A DNA stretch of 64,000 nt, from the NCBI GenBank assembly GCA_036676985.1, contig JAKFBU010000056.1, positions 1-64,000 on the forward strand, written 5' to 3'. The stretch is from Candidatus Sericytochromatia bacterium. Its GTDB lineage: Bacteria > Cyanobacteriota > Sericytochromatia > S15B-MN24 > UBA4093. Numbering within the stretch: position 1 is the stretch's first letter; each line of letters starts with the position of its first letter. A model generated the notes under the pieces. That model did no database searches and was not told the DNA's origin. It saw only the letters and a program-made list of their open reading frames with translations. Shown piece after piece: positions 18,895 to 28,213 of this stretch. The translations under genes were made by a program, and so were the position numbers.

Positions 18895-20805
18895 GTGCAA
18901 CGCATCGCCAGTTTCAAACGCCTCGCCGCCGTCCTGTCCGTCACGGTCCTGCTGGGCTGTACGCCGAACGGCTTTCTGCCGATCCTCGGAGGGAACGGAT
19001 CCAAGGATCCGACGCCCATCTCGAGCTCGAACGGCGGCCTGATCAGCAACAACTCGGGCGGCATCATCTCGAACAACACCGCGAACCTGGCGGGTCTCAT
19101 CACGGGACCGGGGCAGCTCATCAGCAACAACGCGGGCGGCCTGGTGTCGAACAACGCCGGCAGCTATCGCATCGCGGCCCTGGAGCTCTCTCCGGTCGCC
19201 AACGCCGTGGTCTACCTGACCACGCCGAACGAGCAGTTCTACGCCGGCGACGACGGCAAGGCCCTCTACACCTTCACCGACGACAAGGGCGCCTACACCT
19301 TCGCGAAGGCGCCGGCCGACAAGCCCGTCATCGTCACGGTGCTCCTGCCCAACAACCGGCGCCTGGTCGGCTTGCTCATGTCCAAGGAGGGCGCGAACAC
19401 CCAGAACGTCGACCTCGCGACCACGGTGGTCACGGAGTTCCTGCGCGATCAGGCCCGCCTCGCGGGCAAGACCATGGGCGACTACCCGAACCTCGCCACC
19501 AAGCTCGAGACGATCATCGGCCTGACGCGCGAGCTCATCGCCGCGGGCAAGATGCGCTTCAAGGAGTCCCCGACGGACACCCGCGCGGGTTACGTGGACC
19601 TGGACGTCAACGCGATCCCGGCCCTGCGCAACGAGTACGTCCGCGCCTTCGCGGCGGACGACCAGGCGCTCAGCGATGCCTGGAAGGACCTGCTCGGCTA
19701 CCGCCCCTTGCTCGTCGAAGAGGTCGAGGTGGGGCTCGGTGCCGGCATGCAGCCCCTCGCGGTGGCCACCGACGGCGACAAGACCTACACGGCGGCCACC
19801 AACGCCTACCAGCTCATCGTCACGCGCACCACGGGCTCGGCCGCCGAGACCGTGCTGCGGGTCGCGCGCGGAACGAGCAACCTCGAGTACGTGGGCGGGA
19901 TGCTCGCGAGCGGCAACTCCTTGCTGCTCGGCGTGGCGGGTCTCGGCCAGCTCGAGATCGAGGCCGGCACGACCAACTCGGAAGACCTCTTCTACGATCC
20001 GGCGAACATCTCGGGCGGCGGCCTCGGCTACGTCGCCATGAACGACGCCTACCAAGCGGTTCCGGACGACGACAACAGCTGGGAGCTCTTCTCGGCCTTC
20101 GACGTGGCCAAGAAGGACGAGTGGGTCTACGTCTCGGATGACAACAACCACCGCATCCTGCGCTACCAGGTGGATGACGGAGGCTTCGCCGCAGCCGGCA
20201 CGGGCCAGATCCTGGCCGGCAAGTCCCTCGACGACGCAGGGGCGGGCTACCATGACGGGACCGGCCGCAACTTCTTCAACGGCGACGACAAGCAGGCCGG
20301 GACCGAGGTCGCCCTGAACTACCCGTCGAGCCTCACGGTGCACGAGGCGGACGGCAAGACCTATCTCTACTTCGCGGACACGGACAACCACCGGATCCGT
20401 CGGATCGAGCTCAACGGGACCGACTTCCCGGTGGAGACGGTGCTGGGTCGCGGGACGGTCGCCTACGGCAACATCATGACGCCGATCGTCGATCCCAAGA
20501 TCGACGACCCGGCGGGCGTTGCGGTGGCCTCGGCCTCGCTGAACTTCCCGCACAAGATGGTCTTCGATGCTAACGGCCGCATGTTCGTGGCCGACACGGA
20601 CAACCGGCGCGTCCGGATGCTCGAGAACGGGGTGGTCAAGACGGTCGCGGGCTCGGCCTCCGGCATCTACACCGGCACCGGCGACTCGCGGCGGGTGGGC
20701 CTCGGCGAGGTCACGAGCCTCGCGTGGGACGCCCAGGGCAACCTGCTCATTGCGGATGCCCGGTCGCACAAGCTGCGGCGGCTGCGCCTGCCGTTCGGAT
20801 TCTAG
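18895..20805 (+). CDS. lipoprotein with ISNNxGG repeats and NHL beta-propeller
   Basis: Lipobox LLGC; four [LI][IV]SNN units; NHL blades (YFADTDNHRIRRI, FVADTDNRRVR). Confidence 0.8.
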   Translation: MQRIASFKRLAAVLSVTVLLGCTPNGFLPILGGNGSKDPTPISSSNGGLISNNSGGIISNNTANLAGLITGPGQLISNNAGGLVSNNAGSYRIAALELSPVANAVVYLTTPNEQFYAGDDGKALYTFTDDKGAYTFAKAPADKPVIVTVLLPNNRRLVGLLMSKEGANTQNVDLATTVVTEFLRDQARLAGKTMGDYPNLATKLETIIGLTRELIAAGKMRFKESPTDTRAGYVDLDVNAIPALRNEYVRAFAADDQALSDAWKDLLGYRPLLVEEVEVGLGAGMQPLAVATDGDKTYTAATNAYQLIVTRTTGSAAETVLRVARGTSNLEYVGGMLASGNSLLLGVAGLGQLEIEAGTTNSEDLFYDPANISGGGLGYVAMNDAYQAVPDDDNSWELFSAFDVAKKDEWVYVSDDNNHRILRYQVDDGGFAAAGTGQILAGKSLDDAGAGYHDGTGRNFFNGDDKQAGTEVALNYPSSLTVHEADGKTYLYFADTDNHRIRRIELNGTDFPVETVLGRGTVAYGNIMTPIVDPKIDDPAGVAVASASLNFPHKMVFDANGRMFVADTDNRRVRMLENGVVKTVAGSASGIYTGTGDSRRVGLGEVTSLAWDAQGNLLIADARSHKLRRLRLPFGF

Positions 20806-20810
20806 GGGGT

Positions 20811-22880
20811 ATGGTCGTGAAGCGTTTCAAGAACTATCTTTCCCTGGCTACGGCCCTGCTCCTGGTGGGCTGCCCCGGCGTCCCCGGACCGATCAATACC
20901 AATGGCCAGAATCCTCAGACGGGGACGGCTGATCTGGTCTCCAACAACACGGCAGGCTTCGTCGGATCGGTGCGGGTGCCGGAGACCCTCATCTCCAACA
21001 ACTCGGGCGGCCTCATCTCGAACAACGCCGGGGGTCTGGTCTCCAACAACTCGGGCAGCTACCGGATTGCGGCCCTCGACGAGATTCCGCTCGCCAACTC
21101 CCTCGTTTACCTCTTGAGCCCCAACGAGCACTTCTACACGGACACCAAGGGCCAGCGCTTCGTCACGACCACGGACGCGAGCGGCAGCTACAAGTTCGAC
21201 AAGGTCCTGCCGGAAGGCGCCCAGGTCATCGTCAGCGCCCTGTTGGCAGGCAACCGTCGCATGGTGGGCTACACGCTCGCCGCCAAGGGCGACAACCAGG
21301 TCAACATCAGCGTGGCGACCACCTACGTCGTCGAATTCTTCCGGGCCCAGGCCAAGGCCGCAGGCAAGAACATGTCCGACTACGCGCAGGCCATGGCCAA
21401 GCTGCCGGCACTCGTCACGGAGACGCAGGCGCTGCTCGACGCCGGCAAGCTCCCCCTGCCGGACCTGACCATCGGCAACGCTGGCGCCATGAACAAGGCC
21501 TACTTCGCCGTCTTCGCCGCGCAGAGCAAGACGCTCAGCGACGGATGGGCGGACCTGCTCGGCCATCGGATGATCCCCCTGACCACGGTCGCGGGCAACT
21601 ACGCGCTCGGCTCGCAGCAGGCGGCCGGCGTCCAGGCGACCTCCTTCGGCCTCAACCTGCCGACGGGCGTGGCCGTCGACACCCAGGGCAACGTCTACGT
21701 GGCGGTGCAGCTGCACCACGTGGTCTACAAGATCGCGCCGGACGGCACGACGACGGTACTCGGCAAGTTCCGGGGCGACGGGTCCATCACGACTCCGGTC
21801 ATGGTGCCCGGTCCCGACGCTGTGGACGGGGTGCCGATCGCGGACCTCTCGATCCCCATGCCCCAGGACGTGGCGACCATCGGAGACAACCTGGTCATCG
21901 TGCCGAGCGCCGCCAGCGACGCGACCATCCACAACAACGTCCTGCTCTTCGTCTGCCAGACCACTGGAACCTACTTCGGCAAGCCCATGACCGCGGGCAA
22001 GGTCTACCGGCTGGGGGTGGACAGCGACGAGATCGGAAATGATCCGGTCAGCCGCTTCAAGGACGGCAACGTCTTCACCCAGGCGCGCTTCCGGAGCCCG
22101 CAGGGCGTGGGCACGGATGACGCGGGCAACCTCTTCGTCGCCGATCGCCGCAACAACCTGATCCGGCGCATCGACCTCGAAACCGGTCTGGTCACGACCA
22201 TCGCGGGCAAGCTCACGACCGATGCGGCCGGGACGTACGGCGATCAGCTGGGCAGCACGGCGGCCGTCGAGGGCAGCACGGCCGGCTGGAACGGCATCGA
22301 CAACGGCGACGGCGGCACGGCTGTCGGGGCCGTCATCAACCGGCCCTACGACGTGGCGTGGCGCCGGGTCGGCCCCACCCAGGAGGAGGTCTTCGTCTGG
22401 GAGGGCTTCAACCCGGACCTGGTGCCGGGGACGGCGGCCGCGGACATCATGCTGACGGGCAACGCCATCCGGCGGGTCGCCTTCCCGAGCACCGACCGCA
22501 CGGCGGGCACGATCAGCACGCTCATCGGCGGCAACAAGCAGCGCGGAGACTCGGGTGACGGGGGTCCGGCCGCTTCGGCGCTCATCAAGCTCGTGGATCC
22601 GGCCTTCCCGGACGTGCCGAATGCCGGCATCGCGGTCTCACCGGACGGCAAGTACCTGTATTTCTGCGACTCGCACAACCAGCGCCTGCGCATGGTGGAC
22701 CTCGCGGCGGGCACGGTGCACACGGTCGCCGGCGCGGGAACGGTCGAAGGGGACACGGAGGTCGGGCTGTCCGCCCTCAAGGACGTCTCGGGGCTCGCGG
22801 TAGACGCGCACGGCAACGTGTACTTCGCCGACGCCATCTCGAACGTGGTCCGGCGGATCACCTACCAGTACGGCCGGTAA
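20811..22880 (+). CDS. paralogous lipoprotein with ISNNxGG repeats and NHL beta-propeller
   Basis: Lipobox LVGC; LISNNSGGLISNNAGGLVSNNSGSYRIAAL; NHL blades (PTGVAVD..GNVYV, FVADRRNNLIRRI). Confidence 0.8.
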   Translation: MVVKRFKNYLSLATALLLVGCPGVPGPINTNGQNPQTGTADLVSNNTAGFVGSVRVPETLISNNSGGLISNNAGGLVSNNSGSYRIAALDEIPLANSLVYLLSPNEHFYTDTKGQRFVTTTDASGSYKFDKVLPEGAQVIVSALLAGNRRMVGYTLAAKGDNQVNISVATTYVVEFFRAQAKAAGKNMSDYAQAMAKLPALVTETQALLDAGKLPLPDLTIGNAGAMNKAYFAVFAAQSKTLSDGWADLLGHRMIPLTTVAGNYALGSQQAAGVQATSFGLNLPTGVAVDTQGNVYVAVQLHHVVYKIAPDGTTTVLGKFRGDGSITTPVMVPGPDAVDGVPIADLSIPMPQDVATIGDNLVIVPSAASDATIHNNVLLFVCQTTGTYFGKPMTAGKVYRLGVDSDEIGNDPVSRFKDGNVFTQARFRSPQGVGTDDAGNLFVADRRNNLIRRIDLETGLVTTIAGKLTTDAAGTYGDQLGSTAAVEGSTAGWNGIDNGDGGTAVGAVINRPYDVAWRRVGPTQEEVFVWEGFNPDLVPGTAAADIMLTGNAIRRVAFPSTDRTAGTISTLIGGNKQRGDSGDGGPAASALIKLVDPAFPDVPNAGIAVSPDGKYLYFCDSHNQRLRMVDLAAGTVHTVAGAGTVEGDTEVGLSALKDVSGLAVDAHGNVYFADAISNVVRRITYQYGR

Positions 22881-22885
22881 CGGCG

Positions 22886-22923
22886 AGCGGCCCCGTCCTC
22901 TGGGACGGGGCCGCTTCCTTATT
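22886..22923 (+). terminator. terminator hairpin between convergent genes
   Basis: 13-bp stem AGCGGCCCCGTCC/GGACGGGGCCGCT. Confidence 0.7.
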
Positions 22924-22936
22924 GACAGCTATTTCG

Positions 22937-22984
22937 CCCCCCCCTTCCCCCCCTGCTTCGCAAGGGGGGGAAGGGGGGGTCAAA
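22937..22984. repeat. stand-alone REP-like palindrome, same family as the DUF559 cassette flanks
   Basis: C8-TT-C7-TGCTTCGCA-A-G7-AA-G7-TCAAA. Matches 45206-45237 and the G7AAG7TCAAA end at 44850-44870. Confidence 0.85.
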
Positions 22985-23005
22985 CGAGTCGCCCCTCCGG
23001 CCGCC

Positions 23006-23737
23006 TCAGATCCCCGCCCCATGGATGAAGTCATCCACCTCGCCAATCGGCGTCGGACGCTGGCCGTTCAGCCGCGCCCCCAGGGCCGGCTCCAGGGGCT
23101 CCGTCCCCGTGGAGGCCTGAATGGCCTCCACGGTGGCCTCGAGCTGGTAGATCCGATCCGCCAGGGCCTTGATGGCCTCCGCCTCGGGATCCGGATTGAC
23201 CGCCTTCGACTCCTCGACGGGCTCGCCCTTGATGAAGACCACCCGCCCCGGAATCCCCACCACCGTCGCATGGGGCGGCACGTCCCGCAGGACCACCGAG
23301 TTGGCCCCCACCCGCGCGTGGTCCCCCAGCGTGATGTTACCGATCACCTTGGCACCCGCCCCCACGATGACCCCGTTGCCGAGGGTGGGATGGCGCTTGC
23401 CGCACTCCTTGCCCGTACCGCCCAGGGTGACGCCGTGGTAAATGAGGCAGTCGTCCCCCACCACCGCCGTCTCCCCGATCACCACGCCCATGCCGTGGTC
23501 GATGAAGAGCCGCTTCCCGATCCGGGCCCCCGGATGGATCTCGATGCCCGTCACGAACCGGGCGACCTGCATCATGGCCCGCGGGAAGAAAGGCACCTTC
23601 CGGCCATGCAGCCAATGCGCCACGCGATAGATGGCCAAGACATGGACCGAGGGGTAGCAGAGCACCACCTCGAGCCAGCTCTTGGCCGCCGGATCCTGCT
23701 TCAGGATGGAACGAACGGACTCTCCGAAGTCTCCCAC
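23006..23737 (-). CDS. cysE: serine O-acetyltransferase
   Basis: DPAA, TGIEIHPGA, FIDHGMGVVIGET, GVTLGGTG..KRHP and VVGIPGR motifs. Confidence 0.96.
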   Translation of the reverse strand: MGDFGESVRSILKQDPAAKSWLEVVLCYPSVHVLAIYRVAHWLHGRKVPFFPRAMMQVARFVTGIEIHPGARIGKRLFIDHGMGVVIGETAVVGDDCLIYHGVTLGGTGKECGKRHPTLGNGVIVGAGAKVIGNITLGDHARVGANSVVLRDVPPHATVVGIPGRVVFIKGEPVEESKAVNPDPEAEAIKALADRIYQLEATVEAIQASTGTEPLEPALGARLNGQRPTPIGEVDDFIHGAGI

Positions 23738-23747
23738 GTCCGCTCCC

Positions 23748-24731
23748 TTACTTGGCGGCAGACGACGCGGCCTGGGCCTCGGTGTTGAAGAGCGGAGTAC
23801 TCAGGTAGCGCTCGCCGCTGGAAGGCAGGACGACCACGATGAGCTTGCCCTCGGCCTCGGGACGGCGGGCGATCGCGAGCGCCGCCTCGACGGCCGCCCC
23901 GCTCGAGATGCCGACCAGGAGGCCTTCCTCCTTGGCAATCCGCCGCGCCATGGCCATGGAGGCCTCGGAGGAGACGGCGACGATCTCACCCAGGCTCTTG
24001 TCGCGCAGGCCCGCGAGCAGCGTCTGGTCGAAGAGCCCCGGAATGAAGCCCGGGCCGATGCCCGCGATCTTGTGCGGCGAGGGCTCGCCGCCCGCGAGCA
24101 CCTGGCTCTCCGTTGGCTCGACCGCGACGTAGCGCAGGCCCGGCTTCTTGGCATGCAGAGCCTGGTAGAGCCCCGTGATGGTCCCGCCCGTGCCCACGCC
24201 CGAGACGACGTAGTCCACCTGGCCCTCCGTGTCGTTCCAGATCTCCATGGCCGTGGTCTCGGAGTGGATCTTGGGGTTGGAGGGATTCTCGAACTGACCG
24301 AGGATGTAGCCGTCAGACGTGCCGGCGAGGATCTCGTTGGCCTTGGCCACCGCGCCCTTCATGCCCTTGGGACCCTCGGTGAGGACGAGCTCCGCGCCGT
24401 AGGCCTTGAGCAGCGCCCGGCGCTCGAGGGACATGGTCTCGGGCATGGTCAGGATCAGGCGGTAGCCGCGGGCGGCCGCCACCATGGCGAGCGCGATGCC
24501 CGTGTTGCCGCTCGTGGGCTCGATGAGAGTGGTGCGGCCGGGCGTGATGAGCCCCCGCTCCTCGGCATCCTGGATCATGGCCACGCCGATCCGGTCCTTG
24601 ACGGAGCTGGCGGGGTTGAAGCTCTCGACCTTGCCCACGACCCGGGCCTTGAGGCCCTCGGTGATCTTGGTGAGCTCGACGAGCGGGGTGTTGCCGAAGC
24701 GTTCGGTCACGTTGCGGGCGATGTTCGCCAT
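23748..24731 (-). CDS. cysK: cysteine synthase A
   Basis: GNTPLV, SVKDRI (PLP Lys), [16 protein letters not shown] and ERYLST motifs. Confidence 0.96.
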   Translation of the reverse strand: MANIARNVTERFGNTPLVELTKITEGLKARVVGKVESFNPASSVKDRIGVAMIQDAEERGLITPGRTTLIEPTSGNTGIALAMVAAARGYRLILTMPETMSLERRALLKAYGAELVLTEGPKGMKGAVAKANEILAGTSDGYILGQFENPSNPKIHSETTAMEIWNDTEGQVDYVVSGVGTGGTITGLYQALHAKKPGLRYVAVEPTESQVLAGGEPSPHKIAGIGPGFIPGLFDQTLLAGLRDKSLGEIVAVSSEASMAMARRIAKEEGLLVGISSGAAVEAALAIARRPEAEGKLIVVVLPSSGERYLSTPLFNTEAQAASSAAK

Positions 24732-24853
24732 AAAAGCCTCCTCAGCAGGGATGTCATGCGGCTTTCTCGGCGCCATTGCCACGAGCCTGGAAACACCCCA
24801 TGTTAATCCACGTAAACCAGGAGGGCAACCGACCGGGTGAGCCCCGATCGTCG

Positions 24854-25414
24854 CTAGCTCGTAGGCGGCAGGTCCCCGTCGCTCAGGTAACGCATTGGCT
24901 GGCTGTGGGCGGTGCCCGTCTCCAGGTCGAAAACGTCCATCACGTCGAGGGGGCCCGCGTAGAAGTGGAGGGTCAAGAGGCGGGTGCCCGCACCGCCGGC
25001 ATTGCCGAGGCGGTGGATCATGCCCACCGGCGCGACGGAGAGCGCTCCGGCCGCATGGTCGAGCATGGTGGTTCGCTCGACCCGGTCGCCCTCGAGCCGC
25101 CGGAAGATCTCCTCGCGCATGGTCCCTTCCACGATCCGAACGACGCCGTAGGACCGACCGTGGTTGTGGACGCTCGTGCGCTGCTCGTCCTGCCAGCAAA
25201 GCAAGATGGCCTCGAAGAGCTCGTTCTTGAAGAGCAGGTTGCGCGCGTAGGCCTCGGAGCAGTACTGGACGCGGTCCGCGTACAGGTCCGGGCTCATGTC
25301 CAGCCGGGAGACGAGGTCCTTGAGGTGAGAGAGCTTGAAGGTCTCGGGGGTATAGGCCGTCGTCTCGGTCAGGAACTGGTCCCAGCTCAGGGCGTGTTGG
25401 GCGGGCATCTTCAT
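24854..25414 (-). CDS. cysteine dioxygenase family (bacterial Gly-type thiol dioxygenase)
   Basis: YARNL, TSVHNHG..YG, IHRLGN and TLHFY define a 3-His cupin. Confidence 0.85.
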   Translation of the reverse strand: MKMPAQHALSWDQFLTETTAYTPETFKLSHLKDLVSRLDMSPDLYADRVQYCSEAYARNLLFKNELFEAILLCWQDEQRTSVHNHGRSYGVVRIVEGTMREEIFRRLEGDRVERTTMLDHAAGALSVAPVGMIHRLGNAGGAGTRLLTLHFYAGPLDVMDVFDLETGTAHSQPMRYLSDGDLPPTS

Positions 25415-25508
25415 CGATCCTCGGGACATGGTCGGCGCGCATGGCCGGCCATCAGGGGCTTTTCGCAGCAACGTCGCTACGAACGCTCCCTCGTCGAGGA
25501 GCAAGGGT

Positions 25509-25539
25509 ATTGTCCAACGGGCGGCCCCGATTGTCCAAC
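25509..25539 (-). promoter_or_regulatory. 10-bp direct repeat with 21-bp period overlapping a putative sigma70 promoter of cdo-cysK-cysE
   Basis: ATTGTCCAAC at 25509 and 25530; the minus strand reads TGGACA-17 nt-GACAAT. Confidence 0.55.
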
Positions 25540-25549
25540 CGGAGATCGT

Positions 25550-26356
25550 TCAGCTGGCCTTGGCAGCCTTCGGAGTGCGAGGAAGCGGCATGGCGAACGG
25601 CTTGGTGGCCTTGTCGAGCAGAACCTGGGCCTTCTTGGCCTCCGGCGAGTGCGGGGCCTCTCGGATGATCCCCTTGAGGATCCGCTCGCCCTTCTGGAAG
25701 CGCCGCTTGTTGGGCGGCCCCCAGGTGACGCCCGACGCGTAGATGTAGTCCCAGCCGATGGCGAGCTTGGCGGCGAGGCGATACTTGCTGCGCGGGTACT
25801 GGCGCAGGAAGCGCTCGTGCCGCGTCGCGTCGCGCAGGGCCGGGTCGACGCTCAGGTCGTGCTCGCCGTCGTCCTCACGCGGGATCAGGCGCCACGCGGC
25901 CTCTTCGGCGAGGGCATGCCGGGGGAACTTGGCGACCAGGAGCTTGTACGCATCTCCCTCGTAGCGATAACGCCCCCGGGGGTCGTAGTAGTTGAAGGTG
26001 GCGTAACGCTGCTCGGCCCAGCGCTGCTCCTTGCGGACGTACTGGAGCCAGGACGGGCTGCGCGGGTTGAGGCGCGATCGCTTCCAGTAGCGCTCGTTGA
26101 CGGACTTGACGTAGACCTCGGAGGCCTCGGCCAGGAGCATCAGAAGGGCGGGACCCGACGGATCGGATCCGAACGAGCGGTCCTTGGCGGCCTGCGCCAG
26201 GGTGTCGATGGTCTTGCGGTACTGCTTGGCCTTGAGGGAGACCTGCGCGCGCGCGATCGCCGCCCCGGCAGGAGCCTTGGGCGCGGCCGCCAGTGCCTGG
26301 AGCGGTGCCGCCAGCATGGCCAGCAGGAGAAGCACGACCCAGTTGCGCTTGCTCAT
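25550..26356 (-). CDS. secreted basic helical-repeat (TPR/BamD-like) protein
   Basis: Signal peptide; repeated L..FP/YP.S..A helical hairpin motifs. Confidence 0.55.
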   Translation of the reverse strand: MSKRNWVVLLLLAMLAAPLQALAAAPKAPAGAAIARAQVSLKAKQYRKTIDTLAQAAKDRSFGSDPSGPALLMLLAEASEVYVKSVNERYWKRSRLNPRSPSWLQYVRKEQRWAEQRYATFNYYDPRGRYRYEGDAYKLLVAKFPRHALAEEAAWRLIPREDDGEHDLSVDPALRDATRHERFLRQYPRSKYRLAAKLAIGWDYIYASGVTWGPPNKRRFQKGERILKGIIREAPHSPEAKKAQVLLDKATKPFAMPLPRTPKAAKAS

Positions 26357-26440
26357 CTCCACCCTCCGCCTACAAGACATCTCAGTATCGGGGACCCGTA
26401 TGAACGCAAGACGTCCGATACATCAAGTCGGCATTAACTC

Positions 26441-26458
26441 ATTGTAACCAATTGTAAC
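26441..26458. promoter_or_regulatory. ATTGTAAC direct repeat with 10-bp period (OmpR-type operator candidate)
   Basis: ATTGTAACcaATTGTAAC in an AT-rich divergent intergenic region. Confidence 0.45.
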
Positions 26459-26538
26459 GTCTCGTCCAGCCCTTGAGGTGCAAAGGAATGCACGCTTGGG
26501 GTATAACAAGCAAGTTAGCCAGCCTTCGAGGGGGACGG

Positions 26539-26763
26539 ATGCGCGAACGGAAATTGTGCCTATTTCATTGCTCGACGGTCGAGCACAACGTGCGCGTGAC
26601 CTACTTCAACCAGATGGACCGGTGGAAGCGGCGGCCCGTTTCCCAGCAGATCGTCTACTGCAGCTTCAAGACCGAAAACCTCTGCAAGGTGGACTTGTAC
26701 CCGCCCGAAGGGGACTCCCAGTGCCCGGCGGTCAAGCTCGCCGTCATCAACCAGTTCCGATAA
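26539..26763 (+). CDS. small Cys-rich hypothetical protein (74 aa)
   Basis: RBS GAGGGG, high GC at third positions, its own terminator and 5 Cys. Confidence 0.65.
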   Translation: MRERKLCLFHCSTVEHNVRVTYFNQMDRWKRRPVSQQIVYCSFKTENLCKVDLYPPEGDSQCPAVKLAVINQFR

Positions 26764-26767
26764 GCCA

Positions 26768-26793
26768 AGGGCCGCCCGATGGGCGGCCCTTTT
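26768..26793. terminator. bidirectional terminator
   Basis: AAGGGCCGCCC-GAT-GGGCGGCCCTT followed by TT. Confidence 0.85.
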
Positions 26794-26798
26794 CACGT

Positions 26799-27146
26799 TT
26801 ACTCGTCGGTCAGCTCGAAGAGGCCGAGCAGGTGGCCGTCCGGATCCCGGAACTTCGCGAGCTTCGCGTAGGGCTGATCCAGGACGATGGCCGTGAACTC
26901 GACACCCTTGGCCTTGAGCTCCTCGACCTTGGCCTCGATGTCGTCGACCTCGAAGTCGATGGTCATGCTCACGCCGGGGCTCATGTACTGCTTTTCCATG
27001 TACTGGAGGCCAAAGCTCAGGCCCTCGAGCTCGAACTCCGTCAGGAAGGGGGTGCCGACCCGGACCGGCAGGCCCAGGACGTCCCGATAGAAGGCGACGG
27101 AGCGCTCCATGTCGCTCACGAAGATCTGAATGCTGTGTACGCGCAT
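26799..27146 (-). CDS. VOC/glyoxalase family protein
   Basis: VSDMERSVAFYRDVLG, FEVDD and FRDPDGH motifs. Confidence 0.9.
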   Translation of the reverse strand: MRVHSIQIFVSDMERSVAFYRDVLGLPVRVGTPFLTEFELEGLSFGLQYMEKQYMSPGVSMTIDFEVDDIEAKVEELKAKGVEFTAIVLDQPYAKLAKFRDPDGHLLGLFELTDE

Positions 27147-27147
27147 G

Positions 27148-27936
27148 TTATCGTCCCTTCCAAGTGGCGGGGCGCTTCTCCACGAAGGCCCGCATGCCTT
27201 CCTTCTGGTCCTCGCTGCCGAAGAGCATGTAGAAATTCTTGCGCTCGATCATCAGCCCCTGGGCCAGGAACGACTCGTAGGCCTGGTTGACGGCCTCCTT
27301 GCCGAGCTGGAGCGCCAGCGGGGCCTTCGAGGCGACGTCGGCCGCGAGCTTCTTGGCCTCGTCCAGGAAGGCCTCGACCGGCACCACCCGGTTGACCAGG
27401 CCGTACTGGAGCGCCTCCTGGGCGTTGAGCTGGCGGCCCGTGAGGACCATCTCCATGGCGATCGCCTTGCCGACCACGCGGGTCAGACGTTGGGTGCCGC
27501 CCGCCCCGGGGATGACGCCGATGTTGATCTCGGGTTGGCCGATGCGGGTGGTCTCCGAGGCCACGACCATGTCGCACATGAGCATCAGCTCGCTGCCGCC
27601 GCCGAGCACATAGCCGCTGACAGCGGCGATGAGGGGCTTCTTGAGGCCGGCGACCTTGTCCCAGGTAGCCAGGAAGTCGCGCCGGAGCATCGAGACGACG
27701 TCCGCCTCGACCATCTCCTTGATGTCGGCTCCCGCGGCGAAAGCCTTCTCGCTGCCGGTGAGGACGATGGCCCCGATGGCCTCGTCCTGGTCGAAGGCAT
27801 GCAGGGCCGTCACGAGCTCGGCCATCAGGGCGGGCGAAAGGGCGTTGAGGGCCTTGGGGCGGTTCAGGGTGATGATGCCTACCCGGCCCTCCACGGAGAC
27901 CAGGAGGTTCTCGTAGGTCGTGCTTTCGGTGGTCAT
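27148..27936 (-). CDS. enoyl-CoA hydratase (PaaF/EchA8-like)
   Basis: LNRPKALNAL, AFAAGADIKEM, GGGSEL and GQPEINIGVIPGAGGTQRL. Confidence 0.92.
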   Translation of the reverse strand: MTTESTTYENLLVSVEGRVGIITLNRPKALNALSPALMAELVTALHAFDQDEAIGAIVLTGSEKAFAAGADIKEMVEADVVSMLRRDFLATWDKVAGLKKPLIAAVSGYVLGGGSELMLMCDMVVASETTRIGQPEINIGVIPGAGGTQRLTRVVGKAIAMEMVLTGRQLNAQEALQYGLVNRVVPVEAFLDEAKKLAADVASKAPLALQLGKEAVNQAYESFLAQGLMIERKNFYMLFGSEDQKEGMRAFVEKRPATWKGR

Positions 27937-28213
27937 GCGGTTCCTTTGCTGGATGGGTGCTGCAAGGATCCCGGGCGATCGCTCGTGGAAGCCTGCTTGG
28001 TTCGCACGCCATCATAAGAAGCCGCCTGGCGCCTGTCAAATCCTACCAACGAGCCCTTGGATCCCTATCGGCAGGCCCTCCGGCAGCGACCGGTCCAGGT
28101 CGCTGCCGTGAGCATGATCTGAAGAATAGGTGAGGCTTTCGTGGCCGAACCCTCGCTTGAAGGCTACATCTGCTACCATGACGCGGCTAAGTATCAACGT
28201 CATGGAGCGTGCC

